From Oscillospiraceae bacterium (lineage in GTDB: Bacteria; Bacillota; Clostridia; Oscillospirales; Oscillospiraceae): a stretch of 64,000 nt of DNA. The stretch is taken from contig JAITFR010000214.1 in NCBI GenBank assembly GCA_031281255.1, forward strand, positions 7,996 to 71,995, given 5' to 3'. The notes below the pieces were generated by a model that worked only from the letters and a program-made list of their open reading frames with translations, ran no database searches and was not told the origin of the DNA. The stretch's first letter is position 1; each line of letters begins with the position of its first letter. Position numbers and translations under genes: made by a program. This document shows positions 57,634-64,000 of this stretch, piece after piece.

Positions 57634-58401
57634 TTAAATCATAATTTTATCTTCTTTAAGAGATTTTTGCAATCCCATATTTCTTGAGTACATAGAGTTT
57701 ATTTGCATAACCTCTGGATTTCTTTCAAGGTATGTTAAAATATCTTCCGTTACAAAGTTTTCTTTATCAATTGAGTTAAAAAAAACATAAATATTTTTTA
57801 TAAGCTCATAGTCTTCTTTTTCATCAAATGTCCATCTATGATGTGAAATATCTTTTATTGGACATGGATAATTGTATATATTGTAGTTATTTTTATTGTT
57901 TTTTATATACATTGTGACATGTTCACGTTCTGATGATAATTTAGCTTTTTCCCACATTTCAGCAAGCTTCGAGAACTTTATTATCTCAATATCTAAACCG
58001 TCAGGAAATGTTTCGTCTAAATCAGATAAATAATCTATGCCGGGGTTATTTCTAACAATCTTTACAGCTTCATCAAGATATCTCCAATCCAGAACAGGAC
58101 AATCAGCTGTTATACGTACAATATAGTCAGTTTTTAACAGTTTTGCACATTGATAATATCTATCCAAAACGTCATTTTCTGATCCAACAAAAACACGTAT
58201 TGAGTTTTCTGCACATATTTTTACAATAGAAAGATTACTCTTCTCAATTGAAGTAACAACAACAATATCATCAATACATTTGCTTTTTTGCACCCTGTTT
58301 ATCACGCGAATTATTTCAGGCTTTCCTTCAATATCAGTAATAACTTTATTTGGAAAACGTGTTGAGTCATATCTTGCTTGAATTAGTGCAATTATGTTCA
58401 T
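57634..58401 (-). CDS. SpsF-like cytidylyltransferase-family protein
   Basis: IIALIQARYDSTRFPNKV...GKPEI and RITADCP blocks are typical of SpsF/CTP_transf_3 proteins from sps/flagellin-glycan clusters. Confidence 0.8.
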   Translation of the reverse strand: MNIIALIQARYDSTRFPNKVITDIEGKPEIIRVINRVQKSKCIDDIVVVTSIEKSNLSIVKICAENSIRVFVGSENDVLDRYYQCAKLLKTDYIVRITADCPVLDWRYLDEAVKIVRNNPGIDYLSDLDETFPDGLDIEIIKFSKLAEMWEKAKLSSEREHVTMYIKNNKNNYNIYNYPCPIKDISHHRWTFDEKEDYELIKNIYVFFNSIDKENFVTEDILTYLERNPEVMQINSMYSRNMGLQKSLKEDKIMI

Positions 58402-59966
58402 TATTTACTCCACTCTCTTGGATCAATCAGCTTCATATTTATATCTGACATACTAGTAATTATATCCTCAATGTCTTGATACTTAATATGTATTTGGTTG
58501 TTAATTGTATCAATATTGTTTTTAAGCTGCTCCACTGTGTCACAACCAAACAGAATTCCTGTTAATTGCGAAAAGCATTTGCAGAAACTAAAAGCAAGAT
58601 TTTCTATTGTGGTGTTATACTTTTTACATAGTTCTTGAACATATTCTATATGCCTGCTTGCATTATATGTGACGATAAAGTCATCATTTTGTTTCATAAA
58701 CAAAACACCTTGCAGAAAAATGCTCCTGCAAAAGACTTCAATACCACTTTCCTGTGCCAATTTTGTAATATTAATCCATCTTGTACAGTCAAAAATACTA
58801 AAAGGTATTTGAACCACGTCGATTACATCTGACATATTCTCAATAATAAACCTTAGTTCATCGGGAGTATATATAGATATTCCGATTTTCTCTATTACCC
58901 CTTTTTTCTTACATTCTCTCAACTCGCTTAATATAGCTTCATTTTTACAATCATCGTATTTATGTAGATAATAAAGATAAACCCGTTCAATATTTAATTT
59001 GCTTAATGAGTTTTCCAGTTCAAGAAGTAAGTTGCCTTTTCCTGAGTACTTAGTGCATATATCAAATCTCTTTCCTGTTTCTTTTGTGAATTTTCCGATG
59101 ATTTCCTCACTTACACCGTATCCGCTAGCTGTATCAAGACATTTGATATTACAATCATATGCATAAGATAACATAGAAAACACTTGCTCTTGTGTTGGCA
59201 TCTCGGTTTCATTGTTTATTCCATATTTTAGACCAAACTGAACTGTACCCAGTATATATTTTAGTATATTCGCATCTTTTTCTTTGAGGATCTGATACTT
59301 TATCTCAGCTTCTCTCCAATCTTCATACGTATCTATATCCTGCACATCACTTTTAGACAATATTACCGGTAGCGATTTCTTGCAGAACAACTTTTTTTGT
59401 GAGTATAATGATTTAACTTTAATACAGTAAAATTGTCCCGCATCATGATATATTGATTCTAAATCTTGTGATCTAACATCATAGTTTTCCGGTTGCATCA
59501 TAAATGCTTCATCATTTTGTATTACTAATCCTCGTTGTGGTGGATATGAATATTTAACTACCGGTATTACACTATCCGTATTTGACTCTTCAAGTAATAC
59601 CATGCTTTTTATAAGTCGTTCTTTTGTTAAAAATGGTGCACAAGGATAAATACAACAAACGTAATCATAAGTTGAACCAAGTTTTTTATATTCATCGAGA
59701 ACATTAATTAAAACTGAAGCTGTTGTAGCTATATCATTGGATAGCTCTGTATTACGCAAAAATGGTACTGTAGCACCATAACTTTTCGCAATTTCTGCAA
59801 TCTCAACATCATCAGTTGATACCATAACTTCATCAAATAAGCCAGTTTTAATAGCTGTTTCAATAGAATATGCAATAATCGGTTTTCCATGGAACTCTTT
59901 TATATTCTTACGAGGAATCCGTTTGCTTCCTCCTCGGGCCGGGATTATTGCAATTTTTTTACTCAA
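58401..59966 (-). CDS. pseF: Pseudaminic acid cytidylyltransferase (PseF-like) fused to a C-terminal aldo/keto reductase domain
   Basis: N-terminal KKIAIIPARGGSKRIPRKNIKEFHGKPII (CMP-NulO synthetase signature). From about residue 235 the sequence reads YILGTVQFGLKYGIN ... CLDTASGYGVSEEIIG ... LYYLH (AKR blocks). Confidence 0.8.
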   Translation of the reverse strand: MSKKIAIIPARGGSKRIPRKNIKEFHGKPIIAYSIETAIKTGLFDEVMVSTDDVEIAEIAKSYGATVPFLRNTELSNDIATTASVLINVLDEYKKLGSTYDYVCCIYPCAPFLTKERLIKSMVLLEESNTDSVIPVVKYSYPPQRGLVIQNDEAFMMQPENYDVRSQDLESIYHDAGQFYCIKVKSLYSQKKLFCKKSLPVILSKSDVQDIDTYEDWREAEIKYQILKEKDANILKYILGTVQFGLKYGINNETEMPTQEQVFSMLSYAYDCNIKCLDTASGYGVSEEIIGKFTKETGKRFDICTKYSGKGNLLLELENSLSKLNIERVYLYYLHKYDDCKNEAILSELRECKKKGVIEKIGISIYTPDELRFIIENMSDVIDVVQIPFSIFDCTRWINITKLAQESGIEVFCRSIFLQGVLFMKQNDDFIVTYNASRHIEYVQELCKKYNTTIENLAFSFCKCFSQLTGILFGCDTVEQLKNNIDTINNQIHIKYQDIEDIITSMSDINMKLIDPREWSK

Positions 59967-60980
59967 CTATACTTTCTCCATTTTTCCTTTATAATCCTCT
60001 ACCCAGTCACGTAATGTCGGTATTTCCATCCATTCAGTATTGCTGTCAGATGTATATGAAAACGAAGGTTCTACATGTTTTCCATTTTTGATTCTATTAA
60101 CATCATCACACCAGCCATGAATCTGTGGCAGGATTTTATAATATGAATCATACTCATATGTATATACTGCATCCTCAATACCAATCATTTGTTCATGGAG
60201 TTTCTCTCCCGGGCGTATGCCGATAATCGTTTGTTTTGTTACTTCTGATACTGCTTTTGCTATATCTGAAACTGTCATTGAAGGTATCTTTTTGACATAT
60301 ATCTCTCCACCAACCATATCTTCAAAAGCGTGCCACACAAGCTCTACACCTTGCTCTAATGTAATCATAAACCTTGTCATACTTCCATCTGTAATTGTTA
60401 TATTTCCTGATTTTGCTTGCTCTAAAAACAATGGTATAACAGAACCTCTTGAACACATAACATTTCCATAACGTACAACAGCAAATTTTGTGCCTGTAAA
60501 TCCTGAATACGCATTACCTGCAATAAACAATTTGTCGCTGCATAACTTAGTTGCACCATATAGATTGATTGGTGAGCTTGCTTTGTCTGTACTTAATGCA
60601 ACACATCTTTTTACCCCGGTATCAAGACACGCATCTATAACATTCATAGCACCATTTATATTAGTTTTAACACATTCAAATGGGTTATATTCAGCAGTTG
60701 GTACAATTTTTGTTGCTGCAGCATGAACTACATAATCAACATCAGTCATTGCTCTGCGTAAACGTTCTTTATCACGTACATCACCGATAAAGAATCGAAC
60801 TCGTTCTTCTTCATGTACAAACTTCTTCGCCATTTCCCACTGCTTCATTTCATCACGTGAGTAAATGATAATTTTCTTAATGTTATATTTTTCCAGAACC
60901 ATTGGTACAAAAGCATTTCCAAAAGACCCCGTACCTCCGGTAACTAAAATTGTTGAACCTTCAAACATAATAAAGTCCAT
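59967..60980 (-). CDS. pseB: UDP-N-acetylglucosamine 4,6-dehydratase, inverting (PseB/FlaA1)
   Basis: ILVTGGTGSFGNAFV, YSRDEMKQWEM, RFFIGDVRD, HAAATKIVPTAEYNPFECVKTNI.GA.NVI.AC and LSTDKASSPINLYGATKLCSDKLF closely follow the H. pylori FlaA1 / C. jejuni PseB blocks. Confidence 0.9.
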   Translation of the reverse strand: MDFIMFEGSTILVTGGTGSFGNAFVPMVLEKYNIKKIIIYSRDEMKQWEMAKKFVHEEERVRFFIGDVRDKERLRRAMTDVDYVVHAAATKIVPTAEYNPFECVKTNINGAMNVIDACLDTGVKRCVALSTDKASSPINLYGATKLCSDKLFIAGNAYSGFTGTKFAVVRYGNVMCSRGSVIPLFLEQAKSGNITITDGSMTRFMITLEQGVELVWHAFEDMVGGEIYVKKIPSMTVSDIAKAVSEVTKQTIIGIRPGEKLHEQMIGIEDAVYTYEYDSYYKILPQIHGWCDDVNRIKNGKHVEPSFSYTSDSNTEWMEIPTLRDWVEDYKGKMEKV

Positions 60981-61043
60981 TCTAAAAAAAGCTTATCCTA
61001 TTACTAAGATACCGCATGATTATATATAAATAGCACTGTATAA

Positions 61044-61544
61044 TCAAGTAATATATTGTAAAAACTCACCATTTTGTGATTTAAACAAGAATCCGAGTTT
61101 TTCAATCATTTTTATAGATGCTGTGTTGTTAATATGTATTTCAGCACGAAAGGTTGTTATACCTTCTACATTCATTTTTTTCATCATAGCAATAACAGCT
61201 TCACTGGCAAAACCTTTTCTTTGAAAATCATTTTCTGCAATCATATATGATATTTCACATGAATGGTCTGAATAATCTATATCTTTTATACTAACTGTTC
61301 CAATTTTACTATTTGTAATTTTTTCAGTTATAATAAAATCATATCTTGTGTCATCAGGTAAGTAGAAGTCATTAAACCACACAGTATGACTTTGAACTGT
61401 AATCGGTTCATTATTTTTAAAAAAACGAATTACATCAACATCAGATCTCCATTTTACTAAAATAGATGTATCATCATCAGTGATGCCGGTGTAAGTTAAT
61501 CTATCAGATGTAAAGCTATCGTTTTTTACTATATTACAACTCAT
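61044..61544 (-). CDS. pseH: GNAT acetyltransferase, probable PseH (UDP-4-amino-4,6-dideoxy-AltNAc N-acetyltransferase)
   Basis: GNAT core QRKGFASEAVIAMMK..., at the position between pseI and pseB. I prefer the ATG at 61544, which gives an 11-nt overlap with the pseI stop, over the upstream ATG at 61628. Confidence 0.65.
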   Translation of the reverse strand: MSCNIVKNDSFTSDRLTYTGITDDDTSILVKWRSDVDVIRFFKNNEPITVQSHTVWFNDFYLPDDTRYDFIITEKITNSKIGTVSIKDIDYSDHSCEISYMIAENDFQRKGFASEAVIAMMKKMNVEGITTFRAEIHINNTASIKMIEKLGFLFKSQNGEFLQYIT

Positions 61545-62559
61545 TATTTGATATTGGTTCTCCTGTTTTGTAGTTATGCTTCGATTGTTTTTCCATAAGC
61601 TCTTTGTAATGCTTTGGACTAATACCATTTGCCGGTCTTATGCTACGAATATTGTCTGATGTAAATGCTTCACCTTTTTTAATGTCTTTTACTGCAAATA
61701 TTGAACGGCGAAAGATTGTTGATGCTTTCTCTTTTTCAGTTAAATCATAGCTAATGTCTCCTCTTATCTCTGCTGCAACACGACAATCTTCAACCATTTG
61801 CATGTACTCATGAGGTTCCATAGAAAACTCGCTGTCCGGATTTTTTATATTTCTCGAAATACAAATATGCTTTTCAATCACTGTAGCACCAAGAGATACG
61901 GCAACTACAGCGGCAGTTGACCCCATAGAATGGTCAGATAACCCCATCGGTATTTTGTAGCGTTTTTGCATATCTGTTATCGTTTTTAAGTTCATATGCG
62001 AGTATTCTGCCGGATACTCGCTACAGCATTTTAATAAAATAACCTGGTCATTATTTTGTCTCTTACATGCATCAACAGCATCTTGAATCTCTTCAATCGA
62101 TGCCATCCCACAGGACATAATCATAGGTTTTCCTTTGCTTGCGGTATATTCTATAAGCGGTATATCAACAAGTTCAAAGGAAGCAATCTTATAAAACAAC
62201 ACACCCATATCTTCGAGGAAGTCAACAGAAGAAAAATCAAATGGTGTGGATAAGAAATCTAATCCTATTTTCTCACACTCTTCTTTGATAATAGGTTGCC
62301 ACTCCCAAGGGGTATATGCTTCCTTGTATAAATCGTATAGCTTATACCCATCCCATAAACCACCTTTTATAAGAAACGGTTCATCGTTGCAGTCTACCGT
62401 AATTGTATCTGCTGTATATGTTTGTATCTTTAAACAATCCGCTTTAGCTTCTTTTGCTTTATGTACTATTGTTAACGCATTCTCTAAACTACCTGCGTGG
62501 TTTGCAGACATTTCAGCGATAAAATATGTACCGGTGGTTAACTTTTCATAAAGAGTCAT
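61534..62559 (-). CDS. pseI: Pseudaminic acid synthase (PseI; NeuB family with SAF domain)
   Basis: YFIAEMSANHAGSLENALTIVHKAKEAKADCLKIQTY (PseI-type NeuB block) and C-terminal SAF-like VKDIKKGEAFTSDNIRSIRP. GGAGA SD lies 6 nt upstream. Confidence 0.9.
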   Translation of the reverse strand: MTLYEKLTTGTYFIAEMSANHAGSLENALTIVHKAKEAKADCLKIQTYTADTITVDCNDEPFLIKGGLWDGYKLYDLYKEAYTPWEWQPIIKEECEKIGLDFLSTPFDFSSVDFLEDMGVLFYKIASFELVDIPLIEYTASKGKPMIMSCGMASIEEIQDAVDACKRQNNDQVILLKCCSEYPAEYSHMNLKTITDMQKRYKIPMGLSDHSMGSTAAVVAVSLGATVIEKHICISRNIKNPDSEFSMEPHEYMQMVEDCRVAAEIRGDISYDLTEKEKASTIFRRSIFAVKDIKKGEAFTSDNIRSIRPANGISPKHYKELMEKQSKHNYKTGEPISNNEL

Positions 62560-62562
62560 ATA

Positions 62563-64000
62563 TTATCTCCGTATCCAATGATTTATACATATTTGACCAA
62601 ACTCCGGAGAGTTGGCAAAACCATAAAAAACTTGCTCACGTGTCATACCGTTAACCAGTCTTGAAACCCATGCAGTTCTACCATAATCATCATACTTACG
62701 TCCAAGTAAGGTTTGGTATAACATCTCCACAAAAGCTTCATTAGAGAGGTTTTTGTTGTTCATTTCAACACTAAACACAAATCCATGTGCAACTGTGGTA
62801 CCTGACATGCCATTAATTAACCTGTCAATCCAACTCTCAAGACCATAACTATCCGGATTTCTTCCCAATGCTTGTGTGTATAAACGTGTCACAAATGGTT
62901 CAACATCTGCACGTGTTGCACGATAAAAAGTATTGGCATTAGATGGTGCAGTATACGAACCTGCTATTATTCCATATTGAGTACACAAACTGTTAAACTC
63001 CGGTGAGTTAGCAAATCCTTGGAAAACAATCTCACGTGGTACCCACGAATTCAATTGTGATAACCAATGTGCTCTACCAATTGCATCCGGACTACGATTT
63101 AACATAACAGAATATAGAGTATCTACAAATGCATCATTTGTTAGATTCCTATTTATAAACTCTGTACTAAAGAAGAAACCACCGGCAACACTAGCTCCTG
63201 TATTTCTACCGGTCATAAGTGAGTTTGTCCAAGTGATAAAACCATTAGTATCGGGACTACGTCCAAGTGCAGTAGTATATAAACGTGTAACAAATTGACC
63301 TGTTGGAGTTGCAGAAAAAACACTTTGTACTGCTGCAGAAGCATTTAATATACCACCTGATGAAACCACTCCATTTAAAGAGTTTACTCGTCGAGCTGTG
63401 GTAAGTATGTTGCTCCTTAGTGCAGTCGCATTTAATGTTGGATTAATGGACAACATCAATGCTGCAACTCCTGCAACATACGGTGTTGCCATAGATGTAC
63501 CGTTTAAGTTACGATATTGTGAGTTTGCATACGTGCTTAAGATATTTTGACCCGGAGCTGCTATATGTACTGATGTTGCACCGAAGTTTGAGAATCCTGC
63601 ACGTACATTTGCATTTGTTGTTGCAGCGACAGTTATGATATTTGGTAAATTAAAACTAGCAGGATATATATGAGGATTTGTTGTGTCATTGTTCTGTCCA
63701 ACATTTACACCACTTATTACAATTCCATTTCCGGCTGCAGTCACAAATAGACCGGGATATGCTTGTATTGTTTGATATAAAGCAGCTGAATCTCCGGTTC
63801 CACCCCAACTGGCGTTTAGTATCGGTATTTTATGCAAAGTGGCATAATTAATTGCATCTATTATAGCTGATCCACTTAACGAATCACCTGATGCATCTAC
63901 ACCAAGCCACACTAAACTGACATTCCAGTTAATCCCTGTAACACCAATTCCATTATTACCCTGTGCTCCAATAATACCCGCAACATGAGTTCCATGACCA
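62563..64000 (-). CDS. S8 (subtilisin-like) serine protease with C-terminal DUF4214-like repeats; partial, with the 5-prime end beyond the window
   Basis: The frame stays open to the window edge and reads GHGTHVAGIIG (catalytic His). GTSMATPYVAGVAALM provides the catalytic Ser. There are four FV..LY...LGR.PD..G...W repeats and two GFANSPEF motifs. Confidence 0.9.
   Translation of the reverse strand, partial: GHGTHVAGIIGAQGNNGIGVTGINWNVSLVWLGVDASGDSLSGSAIIDAINYATLHKIPILNASWGGTGDSAALYQTIQAYPGLFVTAAGNGIVISGVNVGQNNDTTNPHIYPASFNLPNIITVAATTNANVRAGFSNFGATSVHIAAPGQNILSTYANSQYRNLNGTSMATPYVAGVAALMLSINPTLNATALRSNILTTARRVNSLNGVVSSGGILNASAAVQSVFSATPTGQFVTRLYTTALGRSPDTNGFITWTNSLMTGRNTGASVAGGFFFSTEFINRNLTNDAFVDTLYSVMLNRSPDAIGRAHWLSQLNSWVPREIVFQGFANSPEFNSLCTQYGIIAGSYTAPSNANTFYRATRADVEPFVTRLYTQALGRNPDSYGLESWIDRLINGMSGTTVAHGFVFSVEMNNKNLSNEAFVEMLYQTLLGRKYDDYGRTAWVSRLVNGMTREQVFYGFANSPEFGQICINHWIRR

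Noticed and set aside
53425-62559. Interpretation as a flagellin glycosylation island
   Set aside because: There are no flagellin, Maf/DUF115 motility-associated or flagellar genes in the window. The pse genes are instead embedded among Wzx, GT4 and GT-C genes, which favours a lipid-linked polysaccharide or other surface glycoconjugate. It cannot be excluded without the flanking sequence.
1-64000. Mobile elements, CRISPR arrays, tRNA/rRNA genes, and toxin-antitoxin or phage-defence cassettes
   Set aside because: I scanned ORF products and intergenic gaps (all under about 500 nt). There are no transposase, integrase or recombinase motifs, no repeat-spacer arrays, no tRNA-like cloverleaf candidates and no typical defence-system domains. 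The window is a biosynthetic locus.

Overview
This is a visibly AT-rich, Firmicutes/Clostridia-like chromosomal segment. It is almost entirely occupied by one very large surface-glycan (cell-wall polysaccharide or glycoconjugate) biosynthesis locus. I found no rRNA, tRNA, CRISPR array, transposase or integrase.

The gene content I can support from motifs is:
- About 20 glycosyltransferases (GT2, GT4, GT8 and multi-domain GT2-GT4 proteins).
- Three modules that pair a polyprenyl-phosphate glycosyltransferase with GT-C-like membrane proteins.
- Two flippase types: an MsbA/PglK-like ABC exporter and a Wzx-like MOP protein.
- A mannose-1-phosphate guanylyltransferase.
- Two separate ulosonic-acid pathways.

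Ulosonic-acid pathway 1 is a plus-strand operon at about 7990-19083. It encodes a SAF-less NeuB-like synthase, a KdsC-type phosphatase and a NeuA-type cytidylyltransferase. It also encodes an SDR, a TIM-barrel isomerase, two methyltransferases, two orphan candidate transferases and a large membrane protein.

Ulosonic-acid pathway 2 is a complete pseudaminic-acid set (pseB, C, H, G, I, F) on the minus strand at 44468-45397 and 53425-62559. It comes with accessory enzymes: a PseA-like amidotransferase, a class III aminotransferase, a SpsF-like nucleotidyltransferase, an extra GNAT, and an aldo/keto reductase fused to PseF.

Minus-strand genes run co-directionally from 62559 down to 23166 with tiny or overlapping junctions. 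A partial S8 subtilisin-like protease with DUF4214-like repeats sits 3 nt upstream of pseI.

The most notable non-routine observations are:
- A 10-copy heptanucleotide tandem repeat that forms a (G3N4)3G3 motif and an array of SD-like elements on the sense strand between a glycosyltransferase stop codon and manC.
- A GT8 to GT-C fusion next to a stand-alone GT-C paralog.
- Paralogous coiled-coil glycosyltransferases whose last 112 nt are about 90 percent identical while the rest has diverged.
- A duplication scar that preserves a relic manC 3-prime end.
- A GT-C gene interrupted by a single in-frame TGA.
- Orphan candidate nonulosonic-acid transferases with GT42-like and GT52-like motif patterns.

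All family assignments rest on motif recognition by eye. No database search was possible.
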